A stretch of 64,000 nt of DNA from Camelus dromedarius (Eukaryota), in contig NC_087437.1 in the NCBI RefSeq assembly GCF_036321535.1, positions 38,194,001 to 38,258,000 on the forward strand, given 5' to 3'. Position 1 is the first letter of the stretch. Every line of letters starts with the position of its first letter. This document shows, one piece after another, positions 37,966-52,317 of this stretch. Under the pieces are notes generated by a model, which saw only the letters and a program-made list of their open reading frames with translations, ran no database searches and had not been told where the DNA came from. The position numbers were made by a program, and so were the translations under genes.

Positions 37966-39659
37966 AGGTTTAAAATAAAAAGATAGTTTTTATCCAAGAA
38001 CAAAAGCTGACTATTAAAGAATAAAATCTCAGGGCTGACCACAGTGAGAACTATTAAGGGAAAAGGAGAAAAGAAAACCTTTCTCACAATTTACAGACAC
38101 CAGAGATGAATGGAAGAGAGAGCTGATCTGATCCCTGCTCCAGCCCCATTACCCTGGCAGGTGTTAGCTCAGGAAGACCTGGTTTCTGTCCTCACATGCT
38201 GCCTCATTAACGTAAATGATTGTTGTTGGAAAAGCATGGAATGTCATTGTTAAGCAATCACAGAGCCAACTGATTGCCCATTGTGAAGAAGGGTGTTTCT
38301 TTGTATTCAGTAGTGATTTACTTTGACAAATTCTATTAATGCATTTAGGAATGAAAGTTTTGCATTATTTATGATGTATTACTCAAGATTTTAAATGTGT
38401 GATATTTATAAAGTACACATTTACATATCTATAATGATAATAAACTTGATATTATCTGGATAGCTTACACATACTTAAAGATTGATATTTTAAGTGAGTA
38501 GAACTACAATACACATTTGGTTTATTATGCGGGGATTAGAAAATTTATTTTATTTATTCACGAACAATTAAATATATTGTTATTTATAAATAGTGAAATT
38601 ACTGTATTTTAGAATAAACTTTTAAGTTAAAGCCAATCACTCAATAAACAGAAACTTGAACATTTACTCTCCATCAAGTGGTGAAAAAAGGAACGTATAT
38701 TGAATCACAGTATTAGCAAAGACGTATCTTTTATCCCATTAACGGAAATTATAAAAGTAGAAGAACAGATAAAACAATTAGCATCTCAACTGTTCTTATT
38801 TTGCTTTTAATTTTGGTGACAAGATTTTTTAAAAAAGTTTTAGAATATTCTATTTATGTATTTATTCTCTTTTACTAATAAAAAATAGAAGAGATTAGAT
38901 TAATCACATTATTATGAACAAGTGAGATTGCCTGCCTTTAAGTGTAATCTCAAAAATCAAATATGAAGCAAGTACTACTGACTTTTCAGGTGATAAAATT
39001 TAATTAGGCAACTGTACAAAAAATGTTTCAAAATATGATATATAATGATTAAAAATTGAGAAATGATTACATAATAAATATACACTCATTGTGAAAATTT
39101 GCAAAATACAGAAATTTCCAATGAAGCAAAATTACCCAAAACTTATCACATGAAAATTATCAGTATGGATAGGGTGATGTAGCCAGTTAATTTATGGGAT
39201 ATTTAATCTTTAACAAAATGTAAGTGAGTTCTTCAGATCAGTGTTTAACTGGACTAGAACATAGGATCCAGGATTCAGCATCCAGCTATAAACTACTGTT
39301 AACTCCATTAGCTCTCTCTAAAAAACCCACCAGAGACAAAAAACAAAACAAAACAAAACCAAAAAACGATTCCCTCCAGTATTGACAGGCTTCACATTTT
39401 GACGAAATCTTGAAAGAAATAAAAATAAATCCCTAGAAATTCTAGTTCTTGCTTAACAGAGCCTGCACCTTAAAAATTCATCAGGAGTTTATGCCTCAGT
39501 AAACTCTTTCTAATATTGATTCATTTTTATGAACTGGAGATACATGGCAATATAATAGAAACAATAAAAACTGCAGCTTTAACTAATGTATAGACATTCC
39601 TCAGAAAATATGCTGAAAGAGAGCCCAAATTGGAAATTTACATTTAGGTGGATCTGTAA

Positions 39660-39940
39660 TTATCAGTCTGAGTGTAAGAGATTGGGGGTGGGGGTGGTGT
39701 TCTGAGTAGAGATGGGGTGTGACTCAGCTAAAGGACCATAAAAACCAGCTCAGAGAGGTGGCTGCCCTGGGCCAGTGCGGGTCCAGTACTGACATTGCCA
39801 GATACTCTCAATTTTTACAAAGGTATGAAACGTCTGGATCTTTAAATGAAATATCCAGTTTTTTATATTTTGACAGAAAGAGAAACAAACCAAAAAACTA
39901 CCCTGTGCTTCAGCAAGCCTGTATTTTCCTCTTAGACATC
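39660..39940 (-). mobile_element. hAT MITE (MER102-like)
   Basis: tgcgggtccagt...ttgccagatactctcaattttt...tctggatctttaaatgaaatatcc. Confidence 0.5.
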
Positions 39941-40182
39941 TGGTTTAATGAACTGTTTACCACTTTGAGAATGTTGGTCAATGTTACAATGCTTGTAAGT
40001 GAAATTTTAAGTATATAACATTGCAAACTATATTTAGAATTTTTATGCCCACAATTATTTTATAACTTCTTTCCTTTAAAAACAATTAACCATTAACAAA
40101 AAAAAAAAAAAAAACAAGAAAACTAACTGCAGACTATTTGATGAAGTCCTTTATTGTTTTTAGACTTGCTCAGATTGACTTG

Positions 40183-40663
40183 TGAATGAAAAATACTGCA
40201 AACCACATCAGTAAACAAAGAATGCTGAAGCCATCAAGTCATCAGTGGCTGCAGCCACCCCCCCAGTGAAGACATGCCCGCAGCCCAGCCTCTGCAGCCA
40301 CTCACAGTGGTGCACCCTGAGGGGACTGAGAATAAGAAAGGACAGGATGTTGGCCCTAGATAGCTAGGTACTTGTCAAAGGAATGAATTCAATGAGCCCA
40401 AATATTTGCTCCCTCCCATACACAGAAAAGCGCTAAATTCTTTACCTTGAGATGTCTGGTCATCAGTTAACAAGAAACCTTTTAATGTTCGACTACCTGG
40501 TCTTTGTTGTAAAGTTCCTATATATCCTAACTCCTCCCATATCTCTTCAGAGCAGTCCCTCAGAGCGATCGGAGAGGCTGTCATCCCTGGCTGCGTCCTC
40601 AGAATTGTCCACCGAATAAAACATAACTCTCAACTTTTAGGTTGTGCATTTATTTCATCGACA
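40183..40663 (+). mobile_element. Intact 481-bp solo LTR, ERV1-type
   Basis: TG...CA termini; 4-bp TSD 'cttg' (40179-40182 and 40664-40667); TATA-like tatatat at 40519-40525; AATAAA at 40615-40620. Confidence 0.9.
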
Positions 40664-42882
40664 CTTGTAAACACACTTTCCAAAACTCCTAAACTTTCTT
40701 TTTCAAACCTCCTGTTCTTAAGTCATAGAAGAAATATTATCTTGTTTCCTACTGAGGTCATAAAACACAGGTTTTTAACACTGTAATATTTTTTTTTCTT
40801 AAGCCCTTCCTTCAAGGTGCTACACTATTTATATTCTGTGAATATCGATTTTAAAGATATAGAAAATTTATAGAGAGAAAGACAGAAGGAAATTTTATTT
40901 ATTTTTTTTTACCCATAGGTTACTGTTATTTTTGTTTGTTTTAAAAATATGCTTAGTATTTCCATCAAGGTAGATTCCACCCAAAGTTGACATTTGTAAA
41001 CAAATATGCCTTGAAGATTTCTTGCCCTTATTTACTGTTTATATAGGCAGAGAAAGAAAGAATTTTTCTTTCTGAAAAAAAAGGTGAAAAGCGGCTGCTA
41101 GAGGATGTTCTTGAGTATTTTCCAGTGTCTGCCATATGATTAACTCTTAGCACTCTGCTAGACTGAAATGGAGCTTTCTCAAAGCCTGTTTCCAATCCAG
41201 TATCTGGCTACACAAAAGGAAGTTTTTCTTCAGTTGTTCCTAGTCAGGTGGAATTTCTTCTTTTATCAGATATAGGGCTTGGGAACGTATACTCTATTCC
41301 ATGGGCCCTTCTTGTCATTTATATTAGGAAACTACCCATTTCACTGAGCCCTACTGTGTTATCTTTGAACGCACAAATAAAACCATTCATGTTTGACAGA
41401 ATGGATGACACGTGACTCTGAAGCCTTATAAGTCACAGGGGTTGAGTCTCCTGGTCAGTGCAGATTATGCCTCAAGAGACTGAGCAAGTGGGAGAGGACA
41501 GTGCGGGTGGGTAAGGCAATGAATAGATATCCCCCATCTATTTCCCAGCAATCCAGACTCTGTGCACCAGAGTGAGAGTGAGGACTGTGTGTGTCAACAG
41601 TTATGTTTTTTAAATCATAGTATTTCTGATTGCAGTGGTCACCAGAAGTCTTATGGTACTTGCATAAATTACTGACTATTTTCTTTATAATCTGTTGAAG
41701 TTTAAGTGTTTTAAAGAGCCTTAATAATCAGTATTTTAACAGAAAATAGCATGGGGTATTATAAAGGAATGATAGTCTGATATCATCTTTATACCAAACT
41801 TAAGTTATTATATTTCAAATTCTACAATATGACATTTTTAGGAGAAAATTATACTTAAACATAACAATGTAAATAAATGTTAATAATAACCAACACACAT
41901 TGGAATAAAGAGAATACACATAGTTGAACTTCATAAAAACCATAGTAAATGAGGCATAGTTAAAATTTTTTTTCAGTTTCCTTCTCACTGAGTGATTACC
42001 AAGGAGAAAATGGCTGTAATTTGTGTGCTATGGACTCCCTGCATGTCCCTGCGGACTCAGTGCCTGAGTAACAAGTAGGCTAAGTTAATGTCTCTTCTGT
42101 TCGTCTTTTATTAGTGGTATGGTAGACCATTTAAAAGGCCAGAAAGTCAGTCAACAAGAGAGATAAATAATAATATTCTGCTGATCTCCCGAACTGGACA
42201 ACTCTGAATATCTGAGATGCATATACATTCAAGTTGCCTCATTCTGAAAGAAAGCCACTCCTGCAGTTTGAGTTGTAACCAAACTCCTAATCTAAATGGT
42301 TATAACCATGTTTAATTAAGTAACTAAAACTGGGCAAATGAACAAGAGAATTGTAATATTTCAGCATATATTTCTATAATATTGATTTACTTTGAACTCC
42401 AGAAAAATTATATTGCAATGTTACGCTTAGAGATATTACAAACCTATGAACAGTCTAATTTAATTGTTAAGTTATCATCATTCTGAAATGGCTGTGTTAT
42501 GATATATAAATGAGAGATCAAACTATATTAAATAAAACCTGTAGAAAAAGGTAAAAATTACAGGAAATAATTTTAATTTCCCCTTTGAAAAAAAGCAAGT
42601 TGTGAACTACTAAATAAAACAGCAAAGACAATTTTAAATTTAGCAAAGTGAAAAAAAAAATTGTTCTGAAGGCTTTTTATCTCTAGATAGAACCAGGAAA
42701 CTTGTTTATACCTTTTAGATTTGAAATTCTAATGAGTAATGACAACAGCTCCTAGGCAGATGACTCAAGTCTGTTAAGAATGGTTGTGTCATACAGATAA
42801 AAAGGAAAGCGGACAACCATAATTAGGAAGGCCATTCTGATCACTGGTTTGAAGATCAGCAGTACTTATCCTTTGGTCTTTG

Positions 42883-42983
42883 GATCAATGATTCCACGAC
42901 AACTTGACTACTGAGACTACATGTGTTGTCAGACTAATTGGAGAAACTGGCACTGATGCTTTAAATGCGATTGAACTAGAGCA
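42883..42983. repeat. Dispersed ~100-bp repeat, copy A (possibly ancient RTE-type LINE fragment)
   Basis: About 70% identical to 44227-44326 by manual alignment (71/101). Confidence 0.7.
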
Positions 42984-43253
42984 GCTTTAAAATGTCAACA
43001 CTTCTGCAGAGGAGGGTTTGGGTTAAAAAAGAAAAAAAACCTCTCACATTAGGCAAATCAGAAGTATAACAATTCTATGGGTGATATGCTGCCCATTAAA
43101 GTAATACAGAAGAATGAGCCGTGTAGGGCTATGGGACTGCGATTGCATCACTTAATTTTTCTGCAATTATTGTTTCACCCATAAAGAGAGAAAAGAGTAT
43201 TTTCCTCTCAGGTTTGGAATGAGGATCATTTCCTTGAAAAGCATCAAAACTAC

Positions 43254-43320
43254 AAATTGTACACTTAGAATTTGTTAAGGGAGTAGATTCATTTAAGTGT
43301 TCTTATCACAGTTTAAAAAA
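43254..43320 (+). mobile_element. Tiny L1MA/MB 3'UTR fragment
   Basis: ttgtacacttagaatttgttaagggagtagat...aagtgttcttatcaca followed by an A-run. Confidence 0.65.
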
Positions 43321-43939
43321 GTTACCATTTTTGTTAAGCTTTATAAACTAGACTGGGGCAAAATTGTGGAGCAAACTAAGCTTGTCTCAAATTTTTCGTA
43401 CTAAATACACAATGTTAACAACATCGTTCCCCAGCCAGTGGGAGAGCCCCAACACCATCACCATGACTGAACTTGCCTTCCTTAGGTAATGTATCATATT
43501 TTAGATTCCTCATAATTAACTTCTTCAAGGTCCAATTTCTACTGGATAATTATTTAATCCATGAATCATGAGTTCAAGTGGTTCTCTTTACTTTATCATT
43601 ATTGTTTGGGAAGTATCTTATTCAAAATATTGCTAGGGGTAAAAAATTCTAGGTTTGGAGATTAATTCTGAGGGTATGAAGTCTCCTTTGTCCTCTCTAA
43701 TTCAACAGTGATTTAAGTCAGTGAATACGATGTGCCAGGTGTTGGTAATAGAAAAAGAATATCAGTTCTAACAGTAGCTGCCTGCTGAATGGGGACAGAT
43801 GAAACAAAATAAGGAGACTAAAGAGTCAGTGGATTCAAGTTTCATCAAAAAGCCTATTATTGTGACTATTTGACTAATGCAGTATTTCAATGTAGACAAA
43901 AGAATTGTTTGACAAATGGCTTTTCCTTACCGAATTAAA

Positions 43940-45110
43940 ATATTACAATCTTAGATTTGACATAGACACTGATGGTTGCAAGTGATAGCCCTTCCCTTGT
44001 GAAACAAGAATCGATACCATGTGACTGAAAGCAGTGATATATGTGGCCTTTGCTTAAATAGTATTGCTAATGGGCTGAACTTTTAGGTAATTATTCAATA
44101 TATGAAGATAAGACTAACTTCTTGATTTATCTACACATTTATTCTACTTTTGTGCTCTGGAGTGAAAAGAGTTTATTTCTTCTTTCACATGACAGCCCTT
44201 CAAATCCCTCTACACTTTGATGTTGGGATCAATGATTTTAAGACAACTCTAACAGCAAGGTTACATGTGTTGTCAAGTAACCTGAGAAGTAGTTACTGGT
44301 GCATTGAATACTAATGAATTTGAGCAATATAAGAAAATTAAGACTGAGATGATTCCTCTCCCTCACCCAAAAGTTCTTCTCTGCTAAACACCTCTGAGTC
44401 CAACACCCTTTATTTACACAACACAGTTGACAGTCTTCTTATCATTCTCTCTCAGGTCCCTGATCCCAATGTTTAGTGCGATTTTTTAGTAATCATATTA
44501 AAATGTGCTATTCAGACACACAGATGTGGTCAGTCTAATACAAAGGAGAATGAGTCAGATTGTCTTCTTCAAGGTCATGTGACCCTTACTGTCTTATAAT
44601 GGGAGAAAAACTGAGGTAACTTTTTTACTTGAACTATTTACCAACCTAGTTAATGCATTTTGAAATCAGTCCATTTACTCTTTCATCCTGGATGGAAGAT
44701 ATTGCATTTGTTCAGGTTTATATATCTAATTTTACTGCTTATTTCATGTTAATTTTCTATTTGATAAATATATTTTTGATATTAATTCTTCTATTCAATT
44801 CACTACCAAATATTAACAGCTCAACTTTATCTACAAGTTTATGTTTTTGTGTTATCATCTAAGTTAAACATATATTAAGTATCATAGACTCCTTTGACTC
44901 TTCTCAAGTATCTTTCTTCTAGTTTGACTTCACTCTAATAATCAACTTCTTAAAATTTAATCACACAGATAGTTATAATTACTCCTGCTTATTTATCATC
45001 CAGCTGTTGTTATTCAATTATTCCTTTGAGGATAATATAGGAAATTGTGACCAGTGATGCAACACAACTATATTATTTTTCTGAAATCTAAAACAAACTT
45101 TTGAAACATA
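43940..45110 (-). mobile_element. L3/CR1 LINE fragment
   Basis: tcacatgacagcccttcaaat, ttcttctctgctaaacac and cagatgtggtc are collinear antisense CR1 motifs. Confidence 0.65.
44227..44326. repeat. Dispersed ~100-bp repeat, copy B, inserted in L3
   Basis: Lies in a ~135-bp block separating CR1 '...cccttcaaat' from 'aagac...'. Confidence 0.7.
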
Positions 45111-46069
45111 AAACTAACCTGCTGTAAGGTAGAGAGAGATGCATTAAAGGTTAGAACACGCAAAGACCTCAAAAAAAAAAAAAAAAAGACGTTATTGGGA
45201 CATAAACTGATGTCTTCAAATTTGTCTCTGGATCTCACCCTGTGATTTAATGTACCTGATTCTATCACGGTTCTTGATATTTCACCTTATTAACCTCACC
45301 TAATTGGTTTCCTTGTTTTTCCCCCCAACAGGATCAGATTTCGTCTTCTTCCTACTTCTGGTTCGTTCATCATGCCTACAGATTTCGTCTCATGATTTGT
45401 ATTCCATGACAGCCTCCTAGTAAAACACTATCCTTTAGGTTGACTCCAGCTACAAAATGATGCCCCACTTCTAGATTTCGATAACCTTTCCCCAAACTTA
45501 TTCTTGCTGAATTCTAAACTTTCATGGTTATGATTACATACAGTGTATCTAAATTCTTATTTTGATATAATTCAAAAGTGGCCTTAAAATGCTGACTCAA
45601 ATACATATAAATTAGCACAGTATCAGAACTTTTGACATTTCAAGCAGAAATTGGTATAGGTATCTTTTGGCTAGAATGCTTATCCTATTCAATGTGGTGC
45701 CAACCTTTGTCAGCATTGCTGATTAAGAAATTCTAATCTCACTCCTACCCACTTCTGAACCATTCACCTGAATACTTCATGTCAATATTTTTTAGGAATT
45801 TTGAGATAATTTTAGTTAAGAGAGTGGTGTCCCAGTGATTTCTGTCTTTGAATTTGTTTAGAGCCAGTAACTCTTATTTGATCCTCTTTGCTTATTTACA
45901 CAGACTAAGCCATAATATAAAAGTTATTTAGGTAATAGTTATTTTTTCTAAATAAAAGCATTGACAAAAAATATATAATCTGAGCCAATGAGCCTATTCC
46001 CACAGACATTTGTGAGAACTATTAGATAAACAAAGACAGGAGGAAATTATCTCTGAACTCATTTAAAAT

Positions 46070-46235
46070 AATGGTTCTTAAACTTTGATGTTCATCAGAG
46101 TAATCTATGATGCATGCTTAAAATATAAATTACTGGACTCCTCAAATAAAAATTATTAAAAGATAATCTCAAGGAATAATCAGTTTTTTTTAATAGTTCC
46201 CAAGTGTTATCTATCTACTGTTCACCAAAATTTGT
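46070..46235. mobile_element. MER5A-like hAT MITE
   Basis: aatggttcttaaactttgatgttcatcagagtaatct...taatagttcccaagtg. Confidence 0.55.
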
Positions 46236-47179
46236 GCTTGAGTGAATATAATTTATTATTCAATATATAAAACAATATACACAATAAGGAAGTTAGTTGA
46301 ATAGGAGTGCTCTGGCTTATAAAAAACTAGAAGAAAAGAAAGCAAGCACATTGACAGAGAGCTTCAGTTACAGTTTAAAACCTGGGGTTAAGATATACTC
46401 TGTGGACCCAAATGAACATTTTGGAGACATTTTGGAGATTGAAATAAAAGGCATGAAAATTGGTTACTTTTATAGCTAAGTTTATTTTAGTGGAGGGATA
46501 AATAAGCTGAATAGGAAGAGGTCTGCAGCAAGGATATTTAACTGGGCTGCTTCAATTATTTTAATAAATGGAAAACATAACTGCTAAACAAGGTGACATA
46601 GTCATTTAAAGAAAAAGACAACCAAGAACTGCAGCAAAAAGTCTTACACATTGGGAATGAAAATACGTCTTCAACAGCATTACTCTCTATGTCCACCTAC
46701 TCACGCCTCTACATTGCTGAGAGTTTTTAAAGCTCTGCTAAACACTTTCCATAGCAAGGAGGTCTTGACTTTCTGATGAGAATGGGATTAAGGGCAACCT
46801 GATGTTTAGGAAGTCAACTTTCCATTTGCTCTATTTTCTTTAGACTCCACATGTCATTTTTGTTTTTACATTAGTAGTATTCTACACAGTACATTATTCC
46901 AAAGAATTGCTTTCCTATATATTAGGTCCTAAGAGTGGAAAAATTGATATATCCCCAAATCTTGTCTTTGTACTTTAGATTTTTCTCATTCTAATAACAG
47001 TTTCCATATTGTATAAAACAATTAGACTCAAATCTCATCTTATAAGGCATTAACAATACTCTCCAAAGCTTTGTGATATGAGAATTTATCTTATTAGTTA
47101 TATTATATATTGTTTTTAATTGTCAATATGTTTTGTGTTCATTTAGTAGCTCAAATTTTTGCTGTCTTATTTTATATTT

Positions 47180-47670
47180 TCCCCAAATTCTATTTTTAAA
47201 ACATTTCAAAATTATAGCAAAGTTAAAAGAATTTCCCAGTGAACACCCATATACCCACTGCTTAGATCCTACCATTAATATGCCCATCTATCAGTCCATT
47301 TTATTTTTGGATGCATTTCAAGGTAAATTGCAGACATCAGCAACCTCCCTCTAAAAACTACAGCAGTTATATTATTTAGAGCTCAATGTTTCTTTTATTT
47401 CTTTTGAAATAAAATGAAATGCAAAAAAATTAAATGTACATTGCCTAACTTTAGACAAATTATTTTGCCTGTGTAACCAAATCCCCTGTGAAGTTATAAC
47501 ATATTACCATTGTCCCTGAAAGTAGACCCATGCTCTTTCCAATTCAATCCCAATTCCAAACTTATAGTGACAGCTACTGTTCTGATAATTTTGCCCATTC
47601 TAAAACTTCATATAAAGAATATTATATGATATATTCTATTTTTTAAAGCTTCTTACCATATAATGTTCCA
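47180..47670 (-). mobile_element. L1MD/MC-like 3' end
   Basis: aaagttaaaagaattt..cagtgaacacccatatacccac...atgcatttcaaggtaaattgcagacatcag...ttgcccattctaaaacttcatataaa. Confidence 0.8.
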
Positions 47671-49756
47671 CTGGATTTTAATTATGCTGTGTAGCTTTTA
47701 CTGTAAGAGTACATATGCATGGAAATTCCATTAAGCCTCATTACATTCATTAAACCTCATTACATTAAACCTGTTTGAACACAAAATATACTAAAACTGC
47801 ATTAGTATCAGAAACAATTTGGGGAATAACAGCTTTATTATATGATAAAAATGATATGAGAAAAAAATCTGAATTTGAATTTTAAGTCAGGATTGGGTGA
47901 CACTTCATTTTCCAATTTTTTTATTGTTAAGAATCTTAATTATCAAGACTATGTTATCAGATCAGCCTGACTTTTTCTCCACAGCCAAAAGCATTTAATG
48001 ATAATGCCAGTATTAATGTCCATGAGCATTTCGAGATTCAATCGAAATGTCATTAAATATATGTTTATTTGAATACACGTAGTTATACAACAAATTTTAA
48101 AGTTTGATTGCATTGATATTTTGGAGCATTCCAATATATTAACTACTTAAAATAATGTTAGCATATTGAATTTTTTTAGTGTATAAATTAATAATAACTA
48201 TGAGCATTATAAAATGTTCTAGGATAAAACTATGAGATGAAAGTTAGAAACAAACACCACTAATGACACATACTGTGGATATAAAATAGGCTTTACTGGG
48301 GGAAAACTCACATGAAGTTTAAGTAGATGAACATCACAATCTCAAATGTTTAACTATGAACTACAGTTTAGGCTGAGTATAGATGGACTATGTTTATCAT
48401 GGCCAACTTCTCAGTAGAGGAGCACCCATTCCTATAATTCCTAGAATAGTTACATTCATGCTTATCGGGTCAACTAGTAGGAACCAGTTATACAAACATG
48501 AAAAAATAGAAGTGCTCTGGTTAAGAAGGTAGCTGGATGAAAAGGAGAAATGTCCAACAGCAGTTACTGGGATCAGTTTGTTCTTGCATTGTGCCAAGTC
48601 AGACCTGCTGAGTCAGCTTTTTACTAACGTACCAAAAGAGAGGAGGGAATTAGCCTCCATGGCAATACAGAGCCTTAGTCTAGCCCTCAATGCTTATGGA
48701 AATGTTTCATCTTGTCCCCCTTCATCTCTGTTTTACTTCAAGTCATAGAGATAGTTGAGGTATTTTCTGGGATGCAAGAATCAATAAGATCGCAAACAGC
48801 TGGACCAGATAGGAAGTGACATATCCGACATTGTAAGGAAGAGAGTTTATGAGCTACTGCTTGGGAAAATCACAGAAGGTTAATAGGAGCTTTTTGTCCA
48901 CATCTGTAAGGAAAGAAGAGATATTTACCATCTCCCTCTAGCCTCCTACCACTTCCCAGGATTGGATGCCATGCCCTCTCATAAATGACACAGACTGTTC
49001 CTATTTTTGTTTTTGGAGTGACGTGTTCCATAGACACTCAGTAATTACATTTTTGTCACCATGAATAACATCTGGAGACAGAATATTGCAGTGTGGAATC
49101 ACCTGAAGGGAAGTCTGTGTCCTTGTTCATGTTTATCCTGGCCCACCATCTGCACAATATTACCTCTCTATCTGCTGAGGTCAAACAAGGTACTCTAAAG
49201 TACGAGGATCACTTTGGTACTTTCTCCTTCCTCTCACAATCTCTTTGTTTTCTTGACTCTTGGATGCAGAGAAAATCAGCTAGCATGTAGGTTCACATGT
49301 AACTTTAAATAGCTGACTAGAATTGGAACTGTTGTTCCTATAGTGGTTATCACTGAGAAGACTGAGAGACTGGCAGTTACATGTCAGGAAATTTTCATAT
49401 TGGTCATTCTAATTCTTTAAGGTGGTTCCATTATTATGATGGGTTACAGCATGGATTTAGTGACTTACAGAAAAAAATGACAGTTAACATGTTTAATTGG
49501 CTTCGTAAGTCCAGATAGTTTTCTCCAGATGTGTCACTTCATATAGGCATTTACAAGTATAATATGAAAATCAGATTCATGAATAAGCTGTTGCATATGT
49601 TTCCAGAGGATGGCAACCGAATACTTTAGCTAGTTAGTCCTGAGTAGTCTGATAGTCCACCCAAATAGGCCATTAGTAACACCTAATCATTCTCCCCCAC
49701 AAAAGAAAATGAATAAAGATGTATTTCAGTCACTTTAAGGGAGATATAGTCTATAG

Positions 49757-49967
49757 CAGTGGTTCTCAACTAGTGTGATTTTTCCTGCAAGAGACACATG
49801 CAACATCTGGAGACATTTTTGATTGTCACACTTGGTGGTGGTAGAAGATGTTATTGGTACCTGATAAGTAAGCCAGGGATGCTATTGAACATACTACAAT
49901 CCATGATAGCCCCCTTAAGAAATTATCTGATCCAAAATGTCAATAGTGCTAACACTGGGTAATCCTA
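49757..49967 (+). mobile_element. MER20 hAT MITE
   Basis: cagtggttctcaac...tctggagacatttttgattgtcac...gccagggatgct...aattatctgatccaaaatgtcaatagtgc. Confidence 0.9.
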
Positions 49968-50155
49968 CCCTATCCTTAGAAATAGTCTAGAAGAAAACAC
50001 ATTTAATAGATTGGGGCATCAATAATTTAGCATCATTAGGATGACTGGTTAAATATTCTATTAGTTTTATCACAATTTAAGAGGTGGGCTGTTTTATCAG
50101 TTAACCATACTATCAGTTTAGGTGCCAAGTATTTTAAGTAGTGCTCCCTTGAGTC

Positions 50156-50156
<1 letters not shown>

Positions 50157-50213
<57 letters not shown>
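50157..50213. repeat. (ATT)19 microsatellite
   Basis: Directly visible; explains the poly-Leu ORF. Confidence 0.97.
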
Positions 50214-50215
<2 letters not shown>

Positions 50216-50444
50216 AAGACTTCCTGGTATATAATTGGAAGCAGCTCTCTCTTTACAGTCTCTGGTTAATTGGAGTTATAGCTTTCATTTCACAATGGAA
50301 CTATCTGAAACTTGTTCCACTTTATGGAAATTTAATTCAGAAAGGACCTGTTGCAGAATGAGAATGTTTAAGTCATGACTTTTCTTTCAGAGAAATGATT
50401 TCTCTCAATTAGTGCTCAGTAACAGGCTGTCAGTAATTGCCCAG

Positions 50445-51452
50445 AAGCAATCCAAAGATCTAGGAACCCCAGAAAACACAAAATAGATTAATTAAAAAAG
50501 AAAATCATACCAAATCACACTTTTCGCAAACTGCTAAAAACTATAGATTAAAAGAAATCTCAAAAACAACCCAAGATAAAAATTCATATCCCATGCAGAA
50601 GATCAAGGCAAAAACTAACAGCTGACTTAGAAACAGTGGACAAAAGAAAATGGCCAGCACCTCAAAGTGCTGAAGGAAAAAAGAACAAAAACTCTCTATG
50701 AAGGTTTATCTAGTCAGTGCATATATACTTCAAAATGAAGATTAAAAAAGGACGTTTTGAGATAAATGAAATTGCAAGCTAACTGCAAAAGATGAATTTC
50801 AAAAATAAGTTGATTGAAAATGAGAAGATGGAAAAGATAAAATGCACAACACAAATTAAAAAAAAGCTGGAATGGCAGTATTGATATCAGAAAAATAAGG
50901 TATGAGACAAAGAATATAACAAATGATAAAGGGGAACATACCATTCTCATAAAAAGAACAATTCATAAAAAATTCATCAAAAAAGCATAACAATCCAAAA
51001 TTTATATGGACTGAACAACAGAATTAAAAAAGCAAAAATTGACAGAACCAAGAAGGAAAAGAGATTTCAGACTATTTTTAGATGGAAATTTAAAACATTC
51101 TCTTTCAAAAAATCAATAAGGAAAGGAATTTGAACACCATTAATCCACTTAACCTAATTCACATTTATAGTCTTCCTTCAACAAACGTCAAATGTTTGAA
51201 GTCATACAGAATATGCTCTCTAACCACAAAGGATGAAATTAGTAAACAGTAATGATGCGCTATCTAGAAAATCCCCACAGGATTTAAACCGAACAGTAGA
51301 CCTCTCATTAACTCATGGATTAAAGAGGAAAACACAAAGGAAATGAACAGATACTCATAATTGTGTTTATGAAAGTAAAACTGAATTTTGTGAGAGCAGT
51401 TAAAGAAGAACCTACATTTATTTCTTTTTATGCTTGTATTAGAAAAAAAGCA
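50445..51452 (+). mobile_element. Old L1M fragment (ORF1 end and ORF2 endonuclease region)
   Basis: caaactgctaaaaac...aaagtgctgaaggaaaaaa...tgaagatggaaaagata...aaagcaaaaattgacagaac...aactcatggattaaagaggaaa. Confidence 0.75.
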
Positions 51453-51843
51453 TCAGTATCTTCCCATGTGTAGACATTACTGTAACAACTGCCTGAACGT
51501 CCACTTACGCATCACATCGTGCTTGGGTTTTGATGACCTGTCACCGATGAGTTCAGGAGAGTAAAGTTATATAACAAGGCTTGTTAGATGAAGGCAAACT
51601 GATTTTGCTTTTCTTCACAGAGTCATGCAAGAAATAAAGCATTAGCAAAGTCTAAGGCTACGATCAAGTGCCGTCGTTATAGCAGCACCGTTCTGACATC
51701 AAGTTGTAAAGAAGCAGTGGTGGCCACGTTCTTATCACAATCTTTATGGTCCTCAGTAGGACTCTTGGTGGCCAGACAGCTCCGAAAGCTGGAGACAGCA
51801 TGGCATGGAGCCTCTCCTCTACTGAACTTTGCGTATGAAGACC

Positions 51844-52317
51844 TATATTAGTTTACTCGAGCTGCTGTAACCAAATACCACAAACTGGTTGGCTTAAACA
51901 ATAGAAATGTATTTTCTCACAGTTTTAGAAGGTCAAGTTCCAGAAGTTCAAGATCCAGGTATTGACGGGGTTGCTTTCTTTTGAAGATCGTGAGGAAGAA
52001 TACGTTCCATGCCTCTCTTCTATCTTCTGGTGAGTTGGCGGCAATCTTGGATGTTCCCTGGCCTATAGAAGTGTTACGCATTTATTTTCACGTGGTTTCT
52101 CCCTGTGTGTCTGTGTCCAAATGTCCCCCTTTTAAAACGACACCAGTCATATTGGATTTACACCCCCCACCCCGCAACACACACATACAACCAATGATCT
52201 CATTTTAACTTGAATAGTTCTGAAAGACTCCATCTCCAAATAAAATCCCATTCCGAGGTACTGGGAGTTAAAACTTCAACACATGATTTGGGGGGAAACA
52301 CAATGCAACCCATTATA
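51844..52317 (-). mobile_element. MaLR solo LTR (MLT1C-like)
   Basis: gctgctgtaaccaaataccacaaactggttggcttaaacaa...acaccagtcatattggattt...gaggtactgggagtta; degenerate TSD agacc/aggtc. Confidence 0.9.

Noticed and set aside
42881..42990. SNORD113-116-like C/D snoRNA (starts tggatcaatgat)
   Set aside because: Box C is incomplete (TGATTC, not TGATGA) and there is no terminal CTGA with a closing stem.
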